In this document: piece after piece, positions 40,101 through 46,908 of the stretch
Layout: each line of letters starts with the position of its first letter
Numbering within the stretch: position 1 is the stretch's first letter
From: Candidatus Falkowbacteria bacterium
GTDB taxonomy: Bacteria > Patescibacteriota > Patescibacteriia > UBA11705 > JABHMO01
DNA: 64,000 nucleotides
Direction: 5' to 3'
Assembly: GCA_018693855.1 (NCBI GenBank)
Contig: JABHMO010000043.1
Location: 4,450-68,449 of the forward strand
Notes under the pieces: model-generated
The model's database searches: none
What the model was told of the DNA's origin: nothing
Seen by the model: the letters and a program-made list of their open reading frames with translations, nothing else
Made by a program: the position numbers and the translations under genes

Positions 40101-41364
40101 TATGTGCTTTATCAGCAGAATCAAATTCCAATCGAGAACTTGCAAAATCTGGTGATCCACCAACGCCTGCACCTAAATTTTCTGTTCCAGCTGTTCCGTC
40201 CATCTGAGCATATTTAGAACCATCCCATCTTGTTAAATTTACACTTTCATACAATGTATCACCTGCGTCTTCTTCCCACATTATATACGGATTATCTGAC
40301 AATAAAACTAATCGTTCATTTTGAGTATTCGCAACAGTAGAGATTGAATCATAACCCGCAGTACCATCCATCTTCACCCAAGCTGATCCACTCCACCTTG
40401 AAACAAATAAATTATTAGCGCCTCCATCATTACCTATAACAACTGGGTATGTAGAAGAATTAATTTCAATATCTTCATACATTGCTGCAGCAAAAACAGT
40501 CTCATCTGCGTCAGCACCAGACATATCAACCCACGCTGAACCATTCCATCGTCTAAACTCTGTAGCGCCACCAGTTTCAGTCCAAATAACATACGGTCTA
40601 TTGCTAGCATCTAATTCTAAACCAATCGTACCTGACAAGATTCCCAATCGAACAGAGTCATAACCAGCGGTTCCATCCATTTTCACCCAAGCTGAGCCAC
40701 TCCATCTAGTAAAATAGGCGCCCCAAACACTTGCATTTGAGAAAGCTAGATTCAAATAATTTGATCCATCTAAATACGCATAATCAGCAGGAGAAGAAAC
40801 ACCACTAAAACTTAACTGATCAGTAACATTAGTACTTGATCCAAGATTGCCCCAAGCTGAACCATTCCAATATTTAACATGAACATCCGCACCATCCCAC
40901 CAGACTAGATGAATATTATTACTACCATCAATTAAAAGTTGGACTTGCGAAGCACTTGTAGAAGAAACAACTGTTTCAACTCCGGCCGTTGAGCTATCAG
41001 CCTGTGTCCAAGCAGTACCGTTCCAACGAATCAGATACAGGTCAGATGTAGAATTATCAATAGCCGCTATAACTGGTCGATTATTGCTGTCTAATTCCAT
41101 ATCAACGTATCGCCAATTCGTACCGGCATCAACTTCCCCAGGACCAGTGGATCCATCCGCATCTGCCCAGACAATAGTGTCAAGTTTAGCCGCTCCGCCA
41201 GTATACACAGTGCCTGAATGCGTCAGACTACTAAAATCTTCAGTATAAACATTGTCTCCGGCGAGCACGCCTGAATAATTTAATAAGGCTAGAGTTCCGC
41301 CAAATACAAAAAGTAGCAGAACTGAAAAATATAAAATTCTACGAAATGATTCGTTTTTCAACAT
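31189..41364 (-). CDS. Giant (~3391 aa) multidomain cell-surface protein
   Basis: N-terminal signal anchor. BNR/Ycf48-like beta-propeller repeats (SxDxGxTW). FG-GAP/VCBS-type repeats (FDxDNDGDLD, many copies). An Fn3-like segment. A DUF11/CARDB-like domain (GDLITYTISYSNNGDAAAAGV). ~25 copies of a ~36-aa CSDGxDNDxDGLIDYPxDPGC calcium-binding-type module. Two carboxypeptidase-regulatory-like (TDAQGRYQF / TDSYGRYAF) domains separated by TM segments. An acidic C-terminal tail. The likely start is ATG 41364; the tracked ORF starts at a TTG at 41376. Confidence 0.8.
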   Translation of the reverse strand: MLKNESFRRILYFSVLLLFVFGGTLALLNYSGVLAGDNVYTEDFSSLTHSGTVYTGGAAKLDTIVWADADGSTGPGEVDAGTNWRYVDMELDSNNRPVIAAIDNSTSDLYLIRWNGTAWTQADSSTAGVETVVSSTSASQVQLLIDGSNNIHLVWWDGADVHVKYWNGSAWGNLGSSTNVTDQLSFSGVSSPADYAYLDGSNYLNLAFSNASVWGAYFTRWSGSAWVKMDGTAGYDSVRLGILSGTIGLELDASNRPYVIWTETGGATEFRRWNGSAWVDMSGADADETVFAAAMYEDIEINSSTYPVVIGNDGGANNLFVSRWSGSAWVKMDGTAGYDSISTVANTQNERLVLLSDNPYIMWEEDAGDTLYESVNLTRWDGSKYAQMDGTAGTENLGAGVGGSPDFASSRLEFDSADKAHIYFANEEAAAEGGYYAQWDSGDGRWEDADGTAGIATVGSANNDATEGDLELNGTVPHVLMTTGSFPAGTPYYAYYSGLYASSGTVTLATDANTGGNVVLNATLTGTHVTTGGTITYAMSTNEGLSWDTATSGTLYTFVEKGDELLWRATITSDDGSATPTITGVSIAYNTNSAPGAPTLSLPADAATGVSVNPTFTMSSSDADSDRLWYVLEIGMTDDLLNNIFVFDQREDDYGWSASSYAAAATGSFTLPSEFDLDESKIYYWRARAYDENGLMSAVSGIYSFTVAADSVYEYITHFLSMEDIDLDASDFGGNFGINRVVKLPATNTYAAAVATVGSSNTQKLYVMDANGDEIPDILELTDTGAVFHSNNGSATFSASAVACGSYDAVIFDVDNDGDLDYASGYNDLYLCTNDGTGTFTASASLGTMSSLDGIRGADINNDGYLDVTNGEKMFIHDGTNTLALSATTFGTGIDSNDRFEMFDIDNDGDDDLVYVDWVAGGARTLKPYTNDGSGVFSAAATVAMGAMDDPVVTDFDLDGDKDLIFKPETDGSLTALMNNGAGSFTQLNDLDTGYVCVDTSMVVADIDGDGYEDIFCGSANGTANYVYRHPGKYSFTYAVRGQVEYEEEAVFGTYHGADFVSADFDKDGDSDAVIGANGQNYYYANTANSYSSSNLTAGESVLAVFDSDNDGDMDLYVNNNGAQNELWINDGALSYTQSAVFGTVNAYAVEVADVDNDGLLDVAEVGYGTANTVYLNSGSNTFTGKALGAGTDDSIDVKLADTDGDGDLDVLVANVGDKDELYTNNGSGTFSAVTNPFGTSTYNTGKFDVGDVDGDGDVDVVFPYTDGAVQGAVFTNNGSGTFTGVDTFAVASFVIRLGDLDQDGDLDAVLADNASGAKGNYIYTNNGTGTFTEHLSFSDGTDTRDIHLADDDLDGDLDIFFSNGNASTEADILYRNHGKLNFAYTTIGVAAKSESIITGDYDGDGDLDFYANYPSVAESRRFEHRHTYTAATDYDVITSDVYTDPEELSTITLDKSDYTPTDTTITYYVQDTADASYTFGQEDTTARGVDMNSGEVGAGVSFVLGDSGNNAIKMGGVWGDLAVDEGTSNLMDYWSGDVGGTTYIISVGSDGYIKAVDQTLVTKTDLCNGVVTSATDLSEMGIETTNEHIIYTSGTGGVAAKINLQPADAGSDITLTTCAVVNFGASATAENLNGVWVSEDASAIFFVGDSGTMIASADSGATWGTITTNTSENLNHIEMSNNWFTAVGDNGIIIKSSDGVTWSTISSCSTSENLNWIRNESTTRFLAVGDNETYAHTEDSGTTCTVGTTGVAGATHLNAIDDDEDYIFGDNDIIYSFTYNAGGSSWEEVTPGAEYTFNAGTAVIKAKATMSTTDVNKSPYLNDLSLNYISSAAGWTSPLLAPDSPTNLYGTAQSESSILWTWSYSNNDDYPDTFEFWSEDEGAEDPIVDSLSDKAYEEVDLFPNTGYRREVYSVNDLGRAEPPATLVEGLSIYTHAAVPEFVSHSQLSDNSISLQIDANGNPAYTKYAIWSLSEGEVGWLQADAFLGEEPVYQSYGDWGDGGIVMDGLVLDQLYTFKLKAINENDETTFLSEAYNVTLESLPEGSPAFVLTKSADVSSGGFETSFISFGTTAHAGDNFHLMNAVKSTSAWTDKFLIGLALVLLVVLLSIIINGSEKLMIRLKCVPKMIFTDFRSRKTEDVYKLINNIDEPTDSSRFKAHSKFYRFFRILMAGLWGGVALKLIAGIAFFGLLYLNIGYDVTATGEAQPGDLITYTISYSNNGDAAAAGVVISDTVPQYTQYSSGSIYVNGASQTDVLDSDYGSYSSSVVTANLGTVEVGESGTVSFSATVVGVPKQVISNYASLNYDGAEALIYSNTVSNTIMGSEDVPACSDKIDNDADGLIDYPDDPGCDGLDDSSEINVSLTQCSDGLDNDSDGLIDLLDPGCSSSSDNDETNLLITQCSDGLDNDSDSLIDYPNDPGCINASDNSEVDPIDAVACSDKLDNDNDGLIDYPADPGCSSSSDTSETDYIIYQCNDGIDNDNDGFIDLLDPGCSDETDNDEVNDTVTQCSDGIDNDLDGLIDYPFDPGCVSPQHDDELNIKATHCSDGIDNDNDNLVDLADPGCSDAADDTEENELLTACSDSVDNDADGLIDMSDPGCTSAADDDEYNLVLSQCSDGVDNDNDGKVDLFDPGCDSSSDNDETDHGLTQCSDVIDNDSDQYIDYPFDPGCVAAGDNDELNAILTSCSDFIDNDGDGLIDYPNDPGCQNAADTSEVDSEYIYQCNDGIDNDENGLIDYPLDPGCVSASDNDEFTGFETGLACSDLFDNDGDGLIDFPEDPGCLSASDYDEEDYSLAVYFQCNDGIDNDSDGFVDYPTDPDCDSLDDDNESTQGGSILPQCSDGIDNDGDGLVDYPADLDCDDYVDETESADVVIGNKRTQCNDYIDNDNDGTTDLDDIDCESIADNSETSCSNNALIQSIREKEEWERTDDERTYEKLCGVEELTSGVTTVLGIDNKEVKKVVRRVSKTVKDVQKATIDHPAIEKLNHVVKEEIMAVVTATSVASLATIGVTSASGATVLSYLNFIFTQPLIVLFSRRRKKTWGVVYNSVTKRSVDLAVVRVYRSDSNRLVRTKVTDAQGRYQFILKPGKYYITVDKKGFKYPSNILRKAEVDGKFHDVYYGDDFEITQENTSFVSPIAVDPSQEKKTSSMIVKLYFIRKGQQVLTMAGPIVAVVSFVINPAAWVGGTALAHIGMYIIFNRLAFTSKPKSFGVIRDSKTRDRLGTVVLRVFDTKYNKLLDSQVTDSYGRYAFLVGNSEYYVTAEKVGYYPKRTPVINLEHELSGYLAEDLFLHPHGLGEDVEQAQKIGAPVTMRSTLGREEEKLVDGKQKQTRRHAEKHEEDIKGVDLDELHEDFYNIESVKLKKKNDIDEGEIETTDDSDNTNLETDQNN

Positions 41365-41519
41365 AAGAAAATTCAATACTTTTTGACAAAGTATTTTTGT
41401 TAAATTTATGCTTTAATTATACCATAAAAGGGACTCTGCGTCCCTAGTAGTTATCAACATTTTTAGCACGTAACACGTAGCACGTATCACATAGCAGAAA
41501 TTGTAAAACAAATATTAGA

Positions 41520-42335
41520 TTAAGAGTCGTTTTTTCTAAAATGCCTAGCAAATAAAAACACCATCCCTGACATTATAATTACGACAGAAAAAAGCTGCGC
41601 CCATCGAATACCAAACAATTCTGGACTTGAGTCTGTACGTAGAAATTCTAAACTGAAACGTAGTATTGAGTATAAGATTAAGTAGGATAAAAATACGGAG
41701 CCACCTTTGACATTTGACATTTGACCTTTGACAAATCGCAAGAAGAAAAACAGAAGCAAGTCAAAAATCACCAAATTGCCAAGTGATTCATAAATAAACG
41801 TTGGATGAAAATATTCGGAATTCAAATATTCAGCTGGTCGATTAAGAGATTCAATTGGGATTCCCCAAGGTAAATCAGTTGGTTTACCGAAAATTTCTTG
41901 ATTAAAGTAATTACCTATTCGGCCAAAGACCTGAGCAGAGACTAATCCGATCACAGCTAAATCTGCGATTTTCCAAAAATTTATTCTCTTAACTTTGCAC
42001 ATTAACAAAGTTGCGATAAATCCACCAATCATCACACCATGGACGGCCAGTCCCCCATTCCAAATTTTGAATATATCTAATAAATTGTCCTGATAAAACG
42101 ACCACGAATACAAAACGTAATAGATTCGTGCTCCAATAACTGCGCCAACCGAAAACCAGATCAGCAACGCTTCAATAACCTTTTTATCGACTTGATACAG
42201 TTTCGCCAGTTTCAAAACGATAAAATACCCAATCAAACCACCAATCACCATCAAAAAGGCGTACCAATGAATCTCAAAAGGCCCGACTGAGAATAGGATT
42301 GATTGAGGGATGTAGTTGTGGAAGAAGTTAAACAT
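41520..42335 (-). CDS. lgt: Prolipoprotein diacylglyceryl transferase
   Basis: HWYAFLMVIGGLIGY, GGLAVHGVMIGG, and the Lgt signature GRIGNYFNQEIFGKPTDLPWGI. Confidence 0.85.
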   Translation of the reverse strand: MFNFFHNYIPQSILFSVGPFEIHWYAFLMVIGGLIGYFIVLKLAKLYQVDKKVIEALLIWFSVGAVIGARIYYVLYSWSFYQDNLLDIFKIWNGGLAVHGVMIGGFIATLLMCKVKRINFWKIADLAVIGLVSAQVFGRIGNYFNQEIFGKPTDLPWGIPIESLNRPAEYLNSEYFHPTFIYESLGNLVIFDLLLFFFLRFVKGQMSNVKGGSVFLSYLILYSILRFSLEFLRTDSSPELFGIRWAQLFSVVIIMSGMVFLFARHFRKNDS

Positions 42336-42452
42336 AGAGCAGAAAAGAGAAGATAGAAGTTAGAGAGTAAAAACTGCATCATTAATTTTATTATAGTCTA
42401 TAAAAATAAAAAATCCCAGACCGAGAGCCCAGAATTTAGGAGAATTGATTCA

Positions 42453-42707
42453 TCAGGCGCGCCCCTGACCTCGTCCCATATTATGGAACTTCTGAAGTGA
42501 CAGTTGCTTCAGTCGACCGAGATCACCTCGACGACTTTGCGTGATTGTTTTTTTCCTAGGACCATCTACTAAAACGACTTTGAGACCACCTTGACTCCCA
42601 CTCGGTCCACAAGGACAGACGTTTAGTTCTTCACCAGGATGCAGGAATTCAGCCATTTCCCGGAGAAAGGTTTCCTCTTCGGAAGTCAATTGGATCGGTG
42701 TCGGCAT
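42453..42707 (-). CDS. Small GC-rich hypothetical protein (84 aa)
   Basis: AAGGAG SD plus ATG at 42707. A TTGACG-17-TATACT promoter lies at 42788-42816 on the minus strand. GC is ~50%. Internal CPCGPSGSQGG motif. Confidence 0.4.
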   Translation of the reverse strand: MPTPIQLTSEEETFLREMAEFLHPGEELNVCPCGPSGSQGGLKVVLVDGPRKKTITQSRRGDLGRLKQLSLQKFHNMGRGQGRA

Positions 42708-42950
42708 GTTGCGCTCCTTGCTTTAGTCGGAAATAAGACAACAGCTTTACAAACGTCACTCCCTGCTCATCAGGAGGTAACTTAATCAGTATACAAATTA
42801 TATTTTCTTGCGTCAAGTCCTACTTGTTTAAAACAAAACAGCCACATAAATGCGGCAGTTTTGTCTCTCTTTAGGTTTTGTCTTTTTAGCTTTTGCTAAA
42901 AAATTTCATATATTAAACCCATCTTCGTAAACGAAAGTGGAATTCAATTT

Positions 42951-43316
42951 TTATTTCTTTCCTTTTTTCTTTACAACTTTTTTCGCAACGACTTTCTTTG
43001 TTCTTTTCTTTACTTCCTTTTCAATATCTTTGTACCGTTCTTTTAATTCATCACCAATCTCTTTCCAGACTTCTGGTTTCAATAGATCATTCTTTGAATA
43101 TTTTTTAATAATCTTTTCAACAATTGCATTATACTCCTTTTTACTAAATTTTTTCAACTTAGCTGTTTCCTTAACAAGGTCTTCACTTACTTTTTTTGTA
43201 ACTTTTTTGAATTTATCACGGTTATTTTTTCCTGTTGTTGGATTAAAGAATAAACCAACCGCACCTGCTAACAACGCACCTAATGCTAAACCGCCTAAAA
43301 AATTTTTTGATTTCAT
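42951..43316 (-). CDS. YtxH/DUF948-like general stress protein
   Basis: N-terminal hydrophobic GGLALGALLAGAVGLFF, then a K/E-rich helical region. 121 aa. Confidence 0.55.
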   Translation of the reverse strand: MKSKNFLGGLALGALLAGAVGLFFNPTTGKNNRDKFKKVTKKVSEDLVKETAKLKKFSKKEYNAIVEKIIKKYSKNDLLKPEVWKEIGDELKERYKDIEKEVKKRTKKVVAKKVVKKKGKK

Positions 43317-43591
43317 ATAATTAAAAAATATCTGCTTAGTTTCTAGCTATTCACATTATAACAATTTTTTAATATTGATTGAATGGGTTTATCCACATTT
43401 TCACGTAGCACGTAACACGTAACGCATAACATGTAACAATAATCGCAAAAATCACATTATTCACACCCAAACGTCCCTAATTACGAGTTGCTAATTACAA
43501 TTTACTATGCCCCTTGCCAAATATTTAATATCATGCTATCATTGTGGACATATTATAAACAATAAATTTATTCGAAATTTACTTGATCTGT

Positions 43592-43870
43592 ATGAAAAAA
43601 GACACTCATCCAAAATATAGTGCTAAAGCAAAAGTTATCTGCGCCTGCGGTAACGAAATTGTTGTTGGTTCAACAATGCCAGAAATAAAAACTGAGCTTT
43701 GTAGCGAATGTCATCCTTTCTACACAGGAGAACAACGACTAGTTGATACAGCGCGGCGTGTTGAAAAATACGAAGAAAAGCTTGCTAGAACAAAAACAGT
43801 TGCTCCAACCAGAAAAGGAAAAACAGCAAAACGAAAAGCAAAAGCTGAAGCAAAAAAAGCCGACAAATAA
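43592..43870 (+). CDS. rpmE: Ribosomal protein bL31 (Zn-ribbon type)
   Basis: MKKDTHPKY...CACGNE...CSECHPFYTGEQRLVDTARRVEKY. Confidence 0.9.
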   Translation: MKKDTHPKYSAKAKVICACGNEIVVGSTMPEIKTELCSECHPFYTGEQRLVDTARRVEKYEEKLARTKTVAPTRKGKTAKRKAKAEAKKADK

Positions 43871-44148
43871 CTACTTCAATATAAAAGGTTCCTCCATTTT
43901 AATTTACTAAAGAGGAACTTTTTTGATATACTAATAGCGCGATGCTAATCCACTAATACATGCGAATGATGCGAAAATTGCTGAGATGCTAATTTGCGAA
44001 TTACGCGAATACTACAAATAGTTACTATTCGCGTAATTCGTAAATTAGCATGGCGAAGCGTTCGCCCGCCTGCAACGCTGTAGCACTGCGGGCAGGCAGC
44101 ATCCTTACATTATTCGCAAAATCCGCATATTCGCATCGGTTTATATAT

Positions 44149-45204
44149 ATGCAAGATAAAATAAACAACCTAAAATTAAAGTTCAACGAGCTGGAGGAGA
44201 AACTTCAGGATATTTCGGTTACGTCTGATCCGGATAAGTTGAAACTGGTTTCGAGTGAACATGCTGAGATGCAGGGGACAATTGATATTATTGATAATTA
44301 CGAAAAAATAGATGAAGCACTAAGACAGGCAATTGAGACTGCGGGAAATGCAGATGATAAAGAGTTTGCTGAATTAGCGAAGAGTGAAATAGAGGCACTG
44401 GAACCAAAGTTCAAAAAACTAGAAGAACAGTTAAAAAAGGAACTTTCACCGAAAGATCCTCGAGATAAAAAGGATGTAATTGTTGAAATTCGAGCTGGAA
44501 CTGGCGGTGATGAATCTGCACTTTTCGCAGCTGAGCTTTTTCGAATGTATTCAAAATTCGCAGAAACGAACAGTTGGAAAGTTAAGATTCTAACTAGTAA
44601 TCAAATTGGGATTGGTGGATTCAAAGAAATTGTTTTTGAAGTAAAAGGATTGAATGCATTTGCAAACCTTAAATTCGAACGAGGAACTCATAGAGTTCAA
44701 CGTGTTCCTGAGACAGAAAAGCAAGGTCGAGTTCATACTTCAGCAGTAACAGTTGCCGTACTTCCAGAAGTTGAAGAGGTTGACTTGAAGATCGACCCAA
44801 ACGATCTTCGAATTGATACTTTTTGCGCTGGTGGACATGGTGGTCAAGGTGTAAACACAACTTACAGCGCAGTTAGAATAACTCATTTACCGACCAATAC
44901 GGTTGTTTCTTGTCAGGATGAGCGAAGTCAGATGCAAAACAAAGAAAAAGCCATGCAAGTCCTTCGTTCTCGTGTCATGGAAACAATCGAAGCTAAAAAA
45001 CAAAAAGAACTTGGCGCTGAGAGAAAAGCTCAAGTTGGGACTGGTGACAGAAGTGAAAAGATTCGAACCTACAACTTTCCTCAAGATAGAATAACTGATC
45101 ACAGAATCAAACAAAGTTGGAATAACATCGCGACGATTCTTGACGGTGGTATTGAAAAAGTTATTGAAGCGTTGAAAGAAGAAGAATTTAAACTGAACAA
45201 TTAA
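44149..45204 (+). CDS. prfA: Peptide chain release factor 1
   Basis: [45 protein letters not shown], and the GGQ motif [24 protein letters not shown]. The tracked ORF start at 44050 overlaps an intergenic repeat; ATG 44149 (MQDKINNL) is preferred. Confidence 0.9.
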   Translation: MQDKINNLKLKFNELEEKLQDISVTSDPDKLKLVSSEHAEMQGTIDIIDNYEKIDEALRQAIETAGNADDKEFAELAKSEIEALEPKFKKLEEQLKKELSPKDPRDKKDVIVEIRAGTGGDESALFAAELFRMYSKFAETNSWKVKILTSNQIGIGGFKEIVFEVKGLNAFANLKFERGTHRVQRVPETEKQGRVHTSAVTVAVLPEVEEVDLKIDPNDLRIDTFCAGGHGGQGVNTTYSAVRITHLPTNTVVSCQDERSQMQNKEKAMQVLRSRVMETIEAKKQKELGAERKAQVGTGDRSEKIRTYNFPQDRITDHRIKQSWNNIATILDGGIEKVIEALKEEEFKLNN

Positions 45205-45207
45205 CAA

Positions 45208-46071
45208 ATGACAATAAAACAATCACTTCAATACTCAAACAAAAGAACCTCCGCTCGATTAGACGCAGAGGTTATTTTAAGTTTTGTAATTAATAAACCT
45301 AAAGAATTTCTATATACATATCCTGAATTTGAATTAACAAAATCGCAGGAAAAAAAGTTTAAAGAATTAGTCAAACGAAGAGCCAAGGGAGAGCCTGTTG
45401 CTTATTTAATCGGGAAGAAGGAGTTTTATGGTCGTGAGTTCTTTATTAATAAGGACGTGCTTGTTCCACGACCAGAGACTGAAGTAATCGTTGAGACGGT
45501 ACTGGATTCCTGCCTTCGCAGGAATGACGAAAGGAAGAGCAGGAATGACGGTGATAAAATAGTCGCAGAAATCGGGACAGGGTCAAGTTGTCTTGCGACA
45601 ACTTTAGCGAAAGAAATTCCAGAGATAAAAATCATTGCTACAGATATTTGTGAAAAAGCGTTGAAGGTTGCGAAAAGGAATGCCAAAGAACACAAAGTTT
45701 TATCGAAAATTAAATTTTATAAGGGCAGCCTGCTTGAACCAATTAAGAATAAAAGAATTAACATCCTAGTAGCCAACCTACCGTACGGATGGCAAGAATG
45801 GAAGAATAATTGCAGCATGGAAACAGTCGGACTAAAATTCGAACCAGCAAAAGCACTTTTCACTGATGAGAAAGGATTAAAACTTTACAGAGAACTACTT
45901 GAACAGATTGCTAACAAAAAACATCAACCAAAACTAATACTGTTTGAGATAGATCCTAGACAAAAAGATACTATTAAAAAACTTATTAAAAAGATACTGC
46001 CCAACTCCAAAATTACTTTTATTAAAGATTTAGCATATAAAACCAGAGTTGTAAAAATCGAAAACCACTAA
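45208..46071 (+). CDS. prmC: Release-factor glutamine N5-methyltransferase (PrmC/HemK)
   Basis: Lies immediately downstream of prfA. SAM fold with VAEIGTGSSCLA and the catalytic NPPY variant ILVANLPYG. Confidence 0.8.
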   Translation: MTIKQSLQYSNKRTSARLDAEVILSFVINKPKEFLYTYPEFELTKSQEKKFKELVKRRAKGEPVAYLIGKKEFYGREFFINKDVLVPRPETEVIVETVLDSCLRRNDERKSRNDGDKIVAEIGTGSSCLATTLAKEIPEIKIIATDICEKALKVAKRNAKEHKVLSKIKFYKGSLLEPIKNKRINILVANLPYGWQEWKNNCSMETVGLKFEPAKALFTDEKGLKLYRELLEQIANKKHQPKLILFEIDPRQKDTIKKLIKKILPNSKITFIKDLAYKTRVVKIENH

Positions 46072-46120
46072 GCACGATGACTTAGTGGTTTCTTTTTTTG
46101 TTCTGCTGCCTCCGCTGTCA

Positions 46121-46306
46121 CTACTGTTCGTAGTATGCATCCATCGCTTGGCGCATTTGATCATTGCTGGACTCACCAGGTGTGCTTATACCACAATCAG
46201 CATTCGCACAAACAGTAACGGTTCCCATACCGGGCTCGCCCTCGGGAAAGGTCGTCTGCGACATCTTGCCACAGTTCGGGCACTCAACAAATTGTATCTC
46301 CGCCAT
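46121..46306 (-). CDS. Small GC-rich zinc-ribbon protein (61 aa)
   Basis: MAEIQFVECPNCGK...VCANADCG. AGAGGAG SD plus ATG at 46306. A TTGACA-17-TATGAT promoter lies at 46351-46379 on the minus strand. GC is ~50%. Confidence 0.45.
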   Translation of the reverse strand: MAEIQFVECPNCGKMSQTTFPEGEPGMGTVTVCANADCGISTPGESSNDQMRQAMDAYYEQ

Positions 46307-46428
46307 GAGAAACGTCTCCTCTGTTAGGTTGTGGAACAAATTGATATTAAATCATAACAGATAAAAAATAATCTGTCAATTAGAAAGAAGGTTAAATCGC
46401 TAAACTTGAACAAGAAAACAACTTCTTT

Positions 46429-46845
46429 TTATTTTACTACTATATTTTTACGAGTTTTTAAAAGTTCTAAATCACTATGATTACACTGACCGCGACAGTC
46501 AATTTTGGCGATATATTCAGACTGTTCATCTGTGATTATTTCTACAAAAAGATCTTTTATGGAATCATAGTTCTGTAGATCTGATTGAATTGCGAGAAGA
46601 GTTTCATTGCCAGACTCTTTTTTATAATAATTAGAAAAATAAATCGTTGATAAACTCTGCGGTTTAACTAACGGTAAATCAAAATCAGAAAGATTAACTT
46701 CGATTGGATCAGTTAAATTTACTCCGTTCAATCGATTATATCCATAAATTGCGAAACCTGATCCGAAGATTACAATGATTAATAAAAGACCGATTGTGTC
46801 TTTGTTTTTATTGAAATAGCTAAACATATAAAAGCATAATATCAC
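46429..46845 (-). CDS. Hypothetical membrane-anchored protein
   Basis: 138-aa ORF with an N-terminal TM segment. The start is uncertain. Confidence 0.35.
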   Translation of the reverse strand: MILCFYMFSYFNKNKDTIGLLLIIVIFGSGFAIYGYNRLNGVNLTDPIEVNLSDFDLPLVKPQSLSTIYFSNYYKKESGNETLLAIQSDLQNYDSIKDLFVEIITDEQSEYIAKIDCRGQCNHSDLELLKTRKNIVVK

Positions 46846-46908
46846 AAATTAAGTTGATTAAAAACTAGGCTTTACGAAAATTGAGAATTCTGCTATTCTA
46901 TTATTCAT

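Noticed and set aside
32529-40217. Short + strand His/Gln/Tyr/Leu-rich ORFs inside 31189-41364
   Set aside because: These are reverse-frame artefacts of the giant gene's Asp/Asn-rich repeats (codons GAT/AAT read backwards give H, Q, L).
41364-41376. Giant gene start at 41376
   Set aside because: The codon at 41376 is a TTG. The in-frame ATG at 41364 (MLKNESF...) is preferred, though the TTG start cannot be excluded.
42740-42770. CUGAUGAG motif in the leader of the 42453-42707 gene, as a possible hammerhead ribozyme
   Set aside because: Only the CUGAUGAG box is present. No appropriately placed GAAA/stem II or stem III partners were found.
44050-44148. Upstream extension of prfA ([16 protein letters not shown]...)
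   Set aside because: It overlaps a dispersed intergenic repeat (CCCGCCTGCAACGCTGTAGC...). RF1 homology begins at MQDKINNL (44149).
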